64,000 nt of DNA, from the NCBI GenBank assembly GCA_034521515.1, contig JAXHMH010000002.1, forward strand, positions 640,444 to 704,443. Direction: 5' to 3'. The translations under genes were made by a program, and so were the position numbers. Source of the stretch: Candidatus Saccharimonadota bacterium. Lineage in GTDB: Bacteria; Patescibacteriota; Saccharimonadia; Saccharimonadales; JAXHMH01. The notes under the pieces were generated by a model. That model saw nothing but the letters and a program-made list of their open reading frames with translations, made no database searches and was not told the DNA's origin. Below, in pieces: positions 8,203 through 17,021 of this stretch (the first letter of the stretch is position 1; each line of letters starts with the position of its first letter).

Positions 8203-9369
8203 ATGAAAACGATAGCGGTTATTTTCGGCGGCAGATCAACTGAGCATGATGTATCAATTGTTACGGCACTAGCCAGTGTTATAAAACCTTTGGAGCTCAC
8301 AAAGCAATACAAAGTAGAATCAATATATGTATCTAAAGACGGAGCTTGGTATTGGGATGACAAACTCAAGGATATTAAACTGTTCACCTCTGGAGATATC
8401 CGTGATTTTCTCCATAAATCAAACCCTGTCAGTGTGCAGTTTGACGGTGGCATGACGCTTATAAAATCCAGCGGTATCGCTGGCCGAAAAACCATCAAAA
8501 AAGTAGATCTTGTGTTTCCGGCAATGCACGGAACGTACGGCGAGGACGGCAGCCTTATGGGTTTGCTGCGTATGGCTAATGTACCATTTGTTGGCTGTGA
8601 TATTGACGGCAGTGTCTTAAGTATGGACAAAGTATTGGCTAAACAGGTTGCCGAGTCGCAAGATGTAGCGGTTGCCGCTTACCAGTATTTTATGCGTGAT
8701 AATTTTGCTCAAAAACCCAAGCAAATTCTCGATAACATTGAAAAAGATTTGAAATACCCATTATTCGTAAAACCAGCTCATCTTGGCTCTAGCATAGGGA
8801 TATCACGGGTCAAGAACCGTAGTGAGCTACAAAATGCTATAGAGGTAGCTTGCCACTACGACACCAAAGTATTAGTTGAAGAAGAAGTGCCAAATCTTAT
8901 TGAAGTAACTTTGCCAATTCTTGGCAATGAGGAGCTAAAACCAGCTTTATTGGAGCGCCCACTTACCAGCCCGGAAGACTTCTTTGATTTTGACACCAAG
9001 TACCTACAGGGCGGTAAAAAAGGCGGCAAGTCAGGTGGGTCAAAAGGTGCGCAAGGCTACAGCGAACTACCAGCTAAACTAGACAAAGCACTGTATGAAA
9101 AAGCAGAAAAGGTAGGGATAGACACTTACAAAGCGCTTGGGCTTGCAGGGACAGCGCGCATAGACATGCTTATCGATAAGAAAGATGGCACAGTCTACTT
9201 TAATGAGGTCAATCCGTTGCCTGGTGGGTTGTACGCCCACAACTGGCGTGCAGCTGGATTAAGCAGTATTGAGCTGGTGCAGACATTAGTGAGGTTGGCC
9301 GAAGAGCGCTGGCAGGAACAACAACGGCAAAATACAGTATTTAACACCAACTACCTCAAACAATTTTAG
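8203..9369 (+). CDS. ddl: D-alanine--D-alanine ligase
   Basis: Contains FPAMHGTYGEDGSLMGLL and ATP-grasp motifs (ARIDMLI..YFNEVNPLPG). It has a Gly/Lys-rich loop insertion (GGKKGGKSGGSKGAQG). Confidence 0.9.
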   Translation: MKTIAVIFGGRSTEHDVSIVTALASVIKPLELTKQYKVESIYVSKDGAWYWDDKLKDIKLFTSGDIRDFLHKSNPVSVQFDGGMTLIKSSGIAGRKTIKKVDLVFPAMHGTYGEDGSLMGLLRMANVPFVGCDIDGSVLSMDKVLAKQVAESQDVAVAAYQYFMRDNFAQKPKQILDNIEKDLKYPLFVKPAHLGSSIGISRVKNRSELQNAIEVACHYDTKVLVEEEVPNLIEVTLPILGNEELKPALLERPLTSPEDFFDFDTKYLQGGKKGGKSGGSKGAQGYSELPAKLDKALYEKAEKVGIDTYKALGLAGTARIDMLIDKKDGTVYFNEVNPLPGGLYAHNWRAAGLSSIELVQTLVRLAEERWQEQQRQNTVFNTNYLKQF

Positions 9370-9377
9370 GTTAAGTT

Positions 9378-10301
9378 ATGAAACTCACACAATCAAAAGC
9401 TTATCTAAGAGGAAGTTTTGTTCCATTCAAGGAGGCTAAGCTTAGCATTGCCAGCTCTCCGGTTTTGTATGGGTTAAGTGTCTATACGGTTATTCCGGTC
9501 AATTGGAATGAGCAAGAGCAGCAATTATATGTATTTCGGATGAAAGATCACTATAAGCGGCTGGTTAACTCTGCGCGGATTATGGACTTACACGGGTTTG
9601 TAGAATCTTGGACGTATGAAAAGTTTGAGTCCGTCGTGCTGGAGCTACTAAAGATCAACAAAGTCCAAGAAGATGCTCTGGTGCGTGTTACCGTGTTTAT
9701 CGATGAAATCCAGTCTGGTACCAAAATTCACGGCTTGAAAAACAGTGTAAGCGTGTACGTATATCCAGCCGGTGAAATTTTACCTTCGTCTGGGGCTCAC
9801 CTGTGTGTCTCTAGTTGGGTGCGTAATTCAGACAATTCAATTCCAGCCAAAGCTAAGGTGAATGGGAGCTATATAAATGCAGCACTAATGAAAAACGAGG
9901 CGATATTGAACGGTTATGATGATGCAATTTCACTAGATCATAACGGCCACGTTGCCGAAAGCACTGTTGCGAATCTGTTTATAGTTTGCGGCGATAAGCT
10001 TGTGACGCCAGATACATCGACGGACATTCTAGAGGGAATTACCCGCGACTCGTTACTATCAATCGCCAAGGAGGACAATATTTTGGTAGAGGAGCGGAGC
10101 ATTGACCGTACTGAGCTGTATAAAGCAAACGAGACATTTTTGTGTGGTACATCGGTTCGGGTGACGCCAATTTTGTCGATTGATCGTCGTCCAATCGGTG
10201 ACGGTAAACCAGGTATAATTACCAAGAAACTGATGAAAGATCTAGAAGCCATCCAGCGCGGCACCGATAAACGCTTCCCGCACTGGCGTAATGTAGCGTA
10301 A
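9378..10301 (+). CDS. Class IV (branched-chain / D-amino-acid) aminotransferase
   Basis: Contains the ESTVANLFIV..LVTP..ILEGITRDSLL motif block of fold-type IV PLP enzymes. Its position next to ddl hints at D-Ala supply. Confidence 0.75.
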   Translation: MKLTQSKAYLRGSFVPFKEAKLSIASSPVLYGLSVYTVIPVNWNEQEQQLYVFRMKDHYKRLVNSARIMDLHGFVESWTYEKFESVVLELLKINKVQEDALVRVTVFIDEIQSGTKIHGLKNSVSVYVYPAGEILPSSGAHLCVSSWVRNSDNSIPAKAKVNGSYINAALMKNEAILNGYDDAISLDHNGHVAESTVANLFIVCGDKLVTPDTSTDILEGITRDSLLSIAKEDNILVEERSIDRTELYKANETFLCGTSVRVTPILSIDRRPIGDGKPGIITKKLMKDLEAIQRGTDKRFPHWRNVA

Positions 10302-10343
10302 CAGTGGTGACAATCTATCAGATGTGATAAGGTGTTAATTGAT

Positions 10344-12806
10344 ATGAAACGTTACAACCCGAAAGAGATAGAGCCGAAGTGGCAGAAAACTTGGGCTGGC
10401 CAGGGCATTTATAGAGCGCTGGATTTTGATGAGTCGCGGCCAAAGTTTGTCATGCTCACCGAGTTCCCCTACCCATCTGGTGACGGTCTGCATATGGGAC
10501 ACATCCGCGAATACACGCTAGGCGATATACTGGCGCGCTATAAGCGAATGACAGGGTACAATGTGCTGTATCCGATGGCCTATGATGCGTTTGGTTTACC
10601 GACCGAAAACTTTGCCATTAAGAATAAAGTCGCACCGCAAGTAGCAACCGAGACAAACGCTGCTAACTTCCAAGAACAGTTCGAAAGCCTAGGCTATAGC
10701 ATCGATTGGTCGCGTAGCTTTAAGACAACCGATCCGGATTATTACAAGTGGACGCAGTGGTTGTTTTTACAGTTCTTTAACAAAGGCTTGGCATATCAGG
10801 AAGAGATTGCCATTAACTGGTGCCCAAAATGTAAGACAGGTCTTGCGAATGAAGAAGTTGTAAACGGCACGCACGAGCGCTGCGACACACCGGTGGAGAA
10901 GAAAGAGCTCAATCAATGGTTGCTACGTATCACCGATTATGCTGATCGTTTGATTGACGGACTAGAGACAGTGGATTACCCAAGCCGTATCGCTGACCAG
11001 CAAATCAACTGGATTGGCCGCTCACGAGGAGCCGTGATCAAGTTTAAAGTTGAGGGCTCAAAGTCAAAACAAATCGAAGTCTTTACTACGCGGCCAGATA
11101 CGCTGTTTGGGGCAACGTTTATGGTATTGGCACCAGAGCATGACTTAGTAGAACAGATTGCTACAGAAAAACAACGCAAAAACGTAGAAGCCTATGTCAA
11201 GCAAGCTCAGGCCAAGAGCGAGATTGAACGCCAAGACACAAATCGTGAAAAAACCGGTGTGTTTACCGGCGCGTACGCCATTAACCCAATCAGTCATGAG
11301 AAAGTTCCAATCTGGATTGCTGACTACGTGCTATCCGGATACGGCACTGGCGCAATTATGGCAGTCCCGGCTCATGATGAACGTGATCACGGTTTTGCCA
11401 AGAAGTTTGATTTACCGATTATAGAAGTGGTTCAAGCGCCAAAGGGCTTTGAAGGCTGTTACACCGGTGAGGGTGAGATGGTCAATTCAGGTGAGTATAA
11501 CGGTATATCCTCCAGTGAAGCACGCGATAAAATCGTGGCAGCTCTAGCCAATAAGGATATGGCTGAGGAACAGGTCAACTACCGCTTACGTGACTGGATT
11601 TTTAGCCGTCAACACTACTGGGGCGAGCCTATTCCGATTATCCACTGTAAAAAATGCGGAGCTGTGCCTGTTCCCGACAGCCAGTTGCCAGTAAAATTGC
11701 CACCGGTAGAACATTACGAACCGACCGATAGTGGCGAAAGCCCGCTTGCAGAAATTGAAGACTGGGTGAGCGTCGACTGTCCAAAATGCGGCGGAGCTGC
11801 CAAGCGCGAAACCGACACTATGCCGAACTGGGCGGGGAGCAGTTGGTATTATTTACGTTACTACGATGCTCACAACGACCGTGCATTTGCAGATAAGAAA
11901 AAGCTAGAGTATTGGGGTTCGGTAGATTTATATCTTGGCGGCATGGAGCACACCACGCTACATCTTTTGTACAGCCGATTTTGGCACCAATTCTTTTATG
12001 ATATAGGTCTAGTGCCGACTCCAGAGCCGTATTTAGCTCGCCGCGGACAAGGCATAATTTTGGCCGAAGACGGCTCAAAGATGAGTAAAAGTAAAGGTAA
12101 TATTGTAAATCCGAACGAAATCCTTGATGCAGGTTACGGAGCTGATGCCTTGCGCTTAGCAATTACGTTTTTGGCACCATACGATCAGACTACGCCGTGG
12201 AGTTCTGAGACAGTTGGGGGTACTCACCGTTTTGTAGCTCGAGTCTGGTCGCTTGTTCAAGAGTACCTAGAGAGAGTCCAAACTCCAATCTCCAAAGTCC
12301 AAAGTCAAGATAACGCTGCTTCGCAGCAAATTCTAAGGGAGACTCATAAAACCATCAAGAAGGTGAGCGAAGATTTGCACGAAATGAACTTTAATACTGC
12401 CATCGCAGCGTTGATGGAATACACTAATGCGCTATATAAAATAAAGTCCGATGACGATTTTGATGCGCGTGAGTGGCGGTCGTCTTTAGCTACGCTTCTA
12501 CAGCTTCTTGCGCCATTTGCACCACACATTGCAGAAGAACTGTGGCACGATCTGGGTTACAAAAGCACTATTCATACAAGTGACTGGCCTGTACACGATG
12601 ACCAATACCTGATTGCAGATATGATGAACATAGTCGTGCAAGTTAACGGCAAAGTCCGCGCTAATATTAGTGTTGCACCTGATGCAGATAAAGAGACTAT
12701 TTTACAGGCTGCAAAAACCGAAGAAAAAGTAGCTAGTTATCTAAAAGATCAGCATCTAAAAAAATCAATCTACGTATCAAATAAACTAGTTAACTTTGTA
12801 GTCTAG
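10344..12806 (+). CDS. leuS: Leucyl-tRNA synthetase
   Basis: Contains a HIGH-type motif (PSGDGLHMGHIREY), the KMSKS motif (SKMSKSKGN) and a CP1 editing domain. ATG 10344 is preferred over GTG 10332. Confidence 0.95.
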   Translation: MKRYNPKEIEPKWQKTWAGQGIYRALDFDESRPKFVMLTEFPYPSGDGLHMGHIREYTLGDILARYKRMTGYNVLYPMAYDAFGLPTENFAIKNKVAPQVATETNAANFQEQFESLGYSIDWSRSFKTTDPDYYKWTQWLFLQFFNKGLAYQEEIAINWCPKCKTGLANEEVVNGTHERCDTPVEKKELNQWLLRITDYADRLIDGLETVDYPSRIADQQINWIGRSRGAVIKFKVEGSKSKQIEVFTTRPDTLFGATFMVLAPEHDLVEQIATEKQRKNVEAYVKQAQAKSEIERQDTNREKTGVFTGAYAINPISHEKVPIWIADYVLSGYGTGAIMAVPAHDERDHGFAKKFDLPIIEVVQAPKGFEGCYTGEGEMVNSGEYNGISSSEARDKIVAALANKDMAEEQVNYRLRDWIFSRQHYWGEPIPIIHCKKCGAVPVPDSQLPVKLPPVEHYEPTDSGESPLAEIEDWVSVDCPKCGGAAKRETDTMPNWAGSSWYYLRYYDAHNDRAFADKKKLEYWGSVDLYLGGMEHTTLHLLYSRFWHQFFYDIGLVPTPEPYLARRGQGIILAEDGSKMSKSKGNIVNPNEILDAGYGADALRLAITFLAPYDQTTPWSSETVGGTHRFVARVWSLVQEYLERVQTPISKVQSQDNAASQQILRETHKTIKKVSEDLHEMNFNTAIAALMEYTNALYKIKSDDDFDAREWRSSLATLLQLLAPFAPHIAEELWHDLGYKSTIHTSDWPVHDDQYLIADMMNIVVQVNGKVRANISVAPDADKETILQAAKTEEKVASYLKDQHLKKSIYVSNKLVNFVV

Positions 12807-13069
12807 CCAACCTGGTCTTGATCGAATAATTCAACGCTATGTCTATGTTCAGCGGCTGGAACAACTTTGACATGGCCAGCAACAGGGTAATCACCAATGA
12901 CTCGATGGCTTAAGGGGTCTTTTTCGGTAGGGAATAAATCTACAACCTCACCGTTAGCAACTGCGGTTTCATGAGCTAGTTTATATAGGTCGGGTTGGAG
13001 TGCTAGCCTTTGTTCTTCAAACTCATCGATTGATGAGGTGTCGAGAGTGCTGCGTCGAAAAAAGTTCAT
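12803..13069 (-). CDS. Hypothetical small protein
   Basis: 88-aa ORF whose 3' end overlaps the leuS stop by 4 nt. No motif recognised. Confidence 0.35.
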   Translation of the reverse strand: MNFFRRSTLDTSSIDEFEEQRLALQPDLYKLAHETAVANGEVVDLFPTEKDPLSHRVIGDYPVAGHVKVVPAAEHRHSVELFDQDQVG

Positions 13070-13190
13070 TGTTGTACTATAACATTAATATATTAAAAAG
13101 TCAATGCCTAACTACTTGAGTTTATTGTAGTTTTAGGCTACTATACATCATAACATTCATCAATTAGGTAAGCAGGAGCTCTGTACTCGT

Positions 13191-13334
13191 ATGGGTAAAC
13201 CAAAGAAGCGAACAAGTCATCGTGCGACCGGTACACGGCGCAGCCATCTGGTAGTTAAGTTAGCGCGCGCAGTAAACGCCAAGTCGCCAGTCAAGGCATA
13301 TACAACCAAAAAAGAAACCGGCAAAAAAGCTTAA
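13191..13334 (+). CDS. rpmF: 50S ribosomal protein L32 (bL32)
   Basis: 47-aa ORF below the ORF-track cutoff: MGKPKKRTSHRATGTRRSHLVVKL.., which matches the bL32 N-terminal signature (PKxRTS..RRSH). Confidence 0.75.
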   Translation: MGKPKKRTSHRATGTRRSHLVVKLARAVNAKSPVKAYTTKKETGKKA

Positions 13335-13383
13335 GTACGCTTCGCCGGTAGGTTATACTGGAGCTAGGAATTAGTTTAACAAT

Positions 13384-13854
13384 ATGAGCGCAAATCGACA
13401 TCTCGGCCGAATCATTGCTTTGCAAACGCTATACGAACAGGAGTTTCGACAAGAGTGTAATGATAAGAATGTAAAACTCTCAAGCATTCTTAAGCGTAAC
13501 ATTAGTCGCTACAAGGCAATGGTAGATGACCGGACGTTTATTGAAAGATTGGTAAATGGAGTCAATCAAAGACAGCAGTCTCTTGATGACATAATTCAAC
13601 CAATTGCTCCAGAGTGGCCGCTTGATCAGATTGCGAGAATGGATCGGTTGGTACTAAGGATGGGCGCGTATGAGCTGCTACACGAAGCAGAAGTGCCACC
13701 AAAGGTAGTCATCAACGAAGCAGTCGAACTCGCTAAAGCATTTGGTGGAGAAAATTCAAGCAAATTTATAAATGGTGTGCTGGGGACGGTTTTAAAACAA
13801 AACAGTCCGCAATCAGAACCAGAGAAACCAGCAAAGCCTAAGGAAGAGAAGTAA
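13384..13854 (+). CDS. nusB: Transcription antitermination factor NusB
   Basis: Contains RIIALQTLYEQEF.., ..INEAVELAKAFGGENSSKFINGVL, and a short Lys/Glu/Pro C-terminal tail. Confidence 0.85.
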   Translation: MSANRHLGRIIALQTLYEQEFRQECNDKNVKLSSILKRNISRYKAMVDDRTFIERLVNGVNQRQQSLDDIIQPIAPEWPLDQIARMDRLVLRMGAYELLHEAEVPPKVVINEAVELAKAFGGENSSKFINGVLGTVLKQNSPQSEPEKPAKPKEEK

Positions 13855-13859
13855 GATAA

Positions 13860-14363
13860 ATGGTGAAACGACCAAAGCCAATAAGAGGGTTTAAGAAGTT
13901 TGTATCTCAGCGGCGTCCAGCTATCAACGAAGTTGTGCGGGAGCCAACTGCAGGCGGAGTTATATTTCGTCACAACCCAAAGTCTAAGCAGGTAGAGATC
14001 CTGCTGATTCAAGATGCCAAGAACCGCTGGACTATACCGAAAGGTCACATCGAAGAAGGTGAGTCAGCAAAACAGACTGCAGAGCGTGAGATTCGGGAAG
14101 AAACCGGCCTTCAACAGGTTAGAGTACTCAACTGGTTAGGTAAGATAAATTTCCGTTACCGACGTACTAATAGTCTTGTATTAATGACAACCGAAATATT
14201 TTTAGTGAAGGCTCTCAGTGACACTGATAAACTCAAACCCGAAGAATGGATGAATGGTATTCAGTGGTTTTCGGCGCCCGAAGCACTTGATAGGATAGAA
14301 TATGATGATATTGGTAAGCTAATTTTGTTGGCACTTAAAAAAATTCGTAATTCACATTCATGA
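13860..14363 (+). CDS. NUDIX hydrolase
   Basis: Complete Nudix box: GHIEEGESAKQTAEREIREETGL. Confidence 0.85.
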   Translation: MVKRPKPIRGFKKFVSQRRPAINEVVREPTAGGVIFRHNPKSKQVEILLIQDAKNRWTIPKGHIEEGESAKQTAEREIREETGLQQVRVLNWLGKINFRYRRTNSLVLMTTEIFLVKALSDTDKLKPEEWMNGIQWFSAPEALDRIEYDDIGKLILLALKKIRNSHS

Positions 14364-14451
14364 AAGGAGCAAGCAGGTAGATAGGAACGAGTAAATGGGC
14401 AATATGCCGTACAGTTTACTGGCTTTTATCTGTCAGCATAAGTAACAAACT

Positions 14452-15144
14452 ATGGACACCACACCGTATAAAAAATTTGCAAAAGAAAAACTCGAAATTG
14501 AGTTTAACGATCTAGATCTACTCATAACCGCTTTTACGCATCGTTCATATTTAAACGAGCATCGTAAATCAGTTCGAGAGCACAATGAGCGACTTGAGTT
14601 TTTGGGTGATGCTGTACTTGAACTGGTAGTTACAGAATACTTGTACGAAAACTTCACCGATCCGGAAGGCACACTTACTAATTGGCGTAGTGCCCTGGTG
14701 CGAACTGAAAGCATTGGCGCAGCTGCCGAGAGGTACGAGTTTGAGCCACTACTGCGTTTAAGCCGCGGCGAAAAGCGTGGAACAGATCGTGCTCGCGCAC
14801 AGATTTTAGCCAACAGTTATGAAGCAGTTGTCGGTGCTATCTACCTAGATCAGGGCTATGAAGCTGCTAAGAAATTTATTACGGAGAGTTTGCTCGTGAC
14901 GTTTAAAGAAATCCTTGAAACAGGTTCTTGGATGGATCCAAAATCGCAGTTGCAAGAACTTGTCCAGAGCACTGAAGGGCATACACCTCAGTACAAGGTT
15001 CTTAGTGAAGAAGGTCCAGACCACGATAAAGTGTTTACCGTTGGAGTGTATGTCGATGGTGCTATGAAGGGTCAGGGCGAAGGACCAAGCAAGCAGGCTG
15101 GTCAGGTTTCTGCTGCCGAGTCTGCACTCAAAAAATACCAATAA
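14452..15144 (+). CDS. rnc: Ribonuclease III
   Basis: Contains the RNase III signature ERLEFLGDAVLELVV and a C-terminal dsRBD (GPDHDKVFTV..G.GEGPSKQ.A). Confidence 0.9.
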   Translation: MDTTPYKKFAKEKLEIEFNDLDLLITAFTHRSYLNEHRKSVREHNERLEFLGDAVLELVVTEYLYENFTDPEGTLTNWRSALVRTESIGAAAERYEFEPLLRLSRGEKRGTDRARAQILANSYEAVVGAIYLDQGYEAAKKFITESLLVTFKEILETGSWMDPKSQLQELVQSTEGHTPQYKVLSEEGPDHDKVFTVGVYVDGAMKGQGEGPSKQAGQVSAAESALKKYQ

Positions 15145-15251
15145 AGAACATATTAGGCTCAGAAAGCCTACCACGCCAAAAATATAAGTCTTCTGTGCAT
15201 AGTCTTGCATGGTAGTTTCAAAAAAGAATGAAGGATTGGTTGATTAATTGA

Positions 15252-15280
15252 TTGACAACAGAGGTCATTCCCTGTAAAAT
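15252..15280 (+). promoter_or_regulatory. Sigma-70-type promoter upstream of rpsP
   Basis: TTGACA (15252-15257), a 17-nt spacer, then TAAAAT (15275-15280), about 45 nt upstream of the rpsP ATG. Confidence 0.5.
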
Positions 15281-15324
15281 GCACAGGTTAGTAATTATTC
15301 ATTTAACAAGAAAGAGAGATAGGG

Positions 15325-15783
15325 ATGTTAGTCATTCGTATGCAGCGTACTGGCCGTAAAGGTCACGCTCAATTCCGCGTCGTAGTTCAAGACTCGCGCC
15401 GGACCCCTACCAGCGGTAAACTAGTTGCCAGTCTGGGGTATTATAATCCACACAGCAAGGAAGCGGTTGTTGATAAAGACAAAGCTTCTTACTATTTACA
15501 GAACGGTGCTCAACCGTCGGAGCGTGTCGCCCGACTTCTAAAAAGTGAAGGCGTTAAGCTGCCAAAATGGGTTGAACTGACTGACTCAAAGAAGCGCTCT
15601 ATTAAAAATACAGATAAACTTCGGAAGAATCGTCCCGCAGAAGAAAAAACAGAAGAATCTACTGAAGAAACACCCAAAGAAGAGGTCGCCGAAGCAGCTG
15701 ATGAGGCGCCGGATAAGAATACAGAAGATGCCACTGAAGTGGCAGATGATAAGCCAAGCCAAGAAGCAGAGTCTGACAAATAA
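15325..15783 (+). CDS. rpsP: 30S ribosomal protein S16 with an acidic/Lys-rich C-terminal extension
   Basis: MLVIRMQRTGRKGHAQFRVVVQDSRRTPTSGK..LGYYNPH is the bS16 core. A low-complexity tail of about 70 aa follows. Confidence 0.9.
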   Translation: MLVIRMQRTGRKGHAQFRVVVQDSRRTPTSGKLVASLGYYNPHSKEAVVDKDKASYYLQNGAQPSERVARLLKSEGVKLPKWVELTDSKKRSIKNTDKLRKNRPAEEKTEESTEETPKEEVAEAADEAPDKNTEDATEVADDKPSQEAESDK

Positions 15784-15841
15784 TTGAACCTTAATTTGGT
15801 ATAATAAAACTGCAAAGACAGTAATGGGAGGAGTATCAGTC

Positions 15842-16216
15842 ATGGCTAAAGATATTGATCAGCAATTCATCGAATATATCGTCAAATCACTGGTTGGCAA
15901 ACCGGATGCGGTAACAGTTGAACGCACTATAGATGAAAGAGGTGTGTTACTAGAACTTACTGTTGACCCGGACGACTTAGGACGTGTTATTGGTAAGCGT
16001 GGGGCAACTGCTCAGAGTTTACGTACGTTACTACGTGCACTAGGTACTAAAAACGATGCCCGATATAATTTAAAAATTATCGATAACGGTGATCAAGCTG
16101 AAGCACCAGAAGCCCAGAGTGAGGATACGGAAACTGTAGCGGACGATAATGATGAAGATTCAGTGGCCAGCAAGACACGAAAAGAACTGGAAGAGTTTGA
16201 CGACCTAGACGTGTAA
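15842..16216 (+). CDS. KH-domain RNA-binding protein (YlqC/KhpA-like) with an acidic tail
   Basis: Contains LGRVIGKRGATAQSLRTLL (a GxxG KH motif). GGGAGGAG lies upstream of ATG 15842, and the gene follows rpsP in the conserved order. Confidence 0.8.
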   Translation: MAKDIDQQFIEYIVKSLVGKPDAVTVERTIDERGVLLELTVDPDDLGRVIGKRGATAQSLRTLLRALGTKNDARYNLKIIDNGDQAEAPEAQSEDTETVADDNDEDSVASKTRKELEEFDDLDV

Positions 16217-16389
16217 CACAGATATCCACAGTATATCCATAAAAAGTATTGTATTAGAACAGAGGTTGCGGTATATTTAAGTAGTTATCGACGGCCGCAA
16301 CCTCCGGCAATTAAAAACAAAAACATTGTAAGGGCTCATTGCGAGCCACTCGTGATTATGTCGCGGGTGGGAGCCTTATGTGACAAAGC

Positions 16390-16413
16390 GAACCCCTAAA
16401 GGGGTTCTTTTTG
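16390..16413 (+). terminator. Intrinsic terminator of the rpsP-KH unit
   Basis: GAACCCC-TAAA-GGGGTTC followed by TTTTTG. Confidence 0.75.
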
Positions 16414-16435
16414 TATCATCACCCAACAGTCCCAC

Positions 16436-16475
16436 GACTTTCACATTTACGACGGCCGTCGTAAATGTGAAAGTC
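16436..16475. repeat. 40-bp perfect palindrome (GACTTTCACATTTACGACGG|CCGTCGTAAATGTGAAAGTC)
   Basis: Perfect dyad that overlaps the stop codon of the minus-strand regulator. A related copy lies at 16957-16994. Confidence 0.9.
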
Positions 16476-16956
16476 AGGATGTTTTAAGTGACACGGCTTC
16501 AAAAATCTGTACGTATTTTTCAAGTTTGTACTCCTTGATTTCAGCCTTTAGGTAATCACGATGATCGTATTCAGTAGCCCAAACGCTTTGCTGTATTTTC
16601 TTGAAGGACAGTTCCTTTAATAGATCTCTCAGATGTTGACGCTTGTATCGCTCGTCTTCGGGTACATCAAACACCACCAGCAGAAACGCCCCCGCCTCAA
16701 GGCGTTTAGGCTTGTATAGTTTTACACGATGCCGACCTTTGTCGGTCAGTCTTGGAACTCCGTTATCGTCTAGGATAAGCAAGCCAGACTTAATAGCACG
16801 GTAATAGGCCGTTTGCAATGTGTTTGCAGAAATTTTTTCTACTCGTTCTAGCTCTGCAAAAAACTTAGAAGGCTGGAAACTGAGCAACAAGTTTGCCTTG
16901 GTATAGGGAACAAGGGATTTGAGTATATATTGTGTTGTGGGTGTTAAACGAGACAT
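16474..16956 (-). CDS. PaaX-like / Cas2-fold winged-helix regulator family protein (common in CPR genomes)
   Basis: The C-terminal block FLLVVFDVPEDERYKRQHLRDLLKELSFKKIQQSVWAT resembles the PaaX C-domain/Cas2-like ferredoxin fold. ATG 16956 is preferred, because the longer ORF runs through the palindrome. Confidence 0.6.
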   Translation of the reverse strand: MSRLTPTTQYILKSLVPYTKANLLLSFQPSKFFAELERVEKISANTLQTAYYRAIKSGLLILDDNGVPRLTDKGRHRVKLYKPKRLEAGAFLLVVFDVPEDERYKRQHLRDLLKELSFKKIQQSVWATEYDHRDYLKAEIKEYKLEKYVQIFEAVSLKTS

Positions 16957-16994
16957 ACTTTCAATTTTACGACGGCCGTCGAAAATATGAAAGT
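16957..16994. repeat. 38-bp imperfect palindrome related to 16436-16475 (candidate operator)
   Basis: ACTTTCAATTTTACGACGG|CCGTCGAAAATATGAAAGT shares the core ACGACGGCCGTCG and the outer ACTTTCA/TGAAAGT arms. It lies between the divergent regulator and trmD. Confidence 0.85.
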
Positions 16995-17005
16995 CGTGTG
17001 ATATT

Positions 17006-17014
17006 TGGTATAAT
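17006..17014 (+). promoter_or_regulatory. Extended -10 element (TGgTATAAT) 7 nt upstream of the trmD ATG
   Basis: TGGTATAAT is at 17006-17014 and the ATG at 17022, with no Shine-Dalgarno sequence between them. Confidence 0.35.
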
Positions 17015-17021
17015 GATTTGG

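Noticed and set aside
8203-9369. The Gly/Lys-rich insertion (GGKKGGKSGGSKGAQG) in Ddl as a possible frameshift or foreign insertion.
   Set aside because: The frame is continuous and flanked by normal ATP-grasp motifs. The insertion sits where a flexible loop is expected, so it is lineage-specific loop variation and not worth a separate finding.
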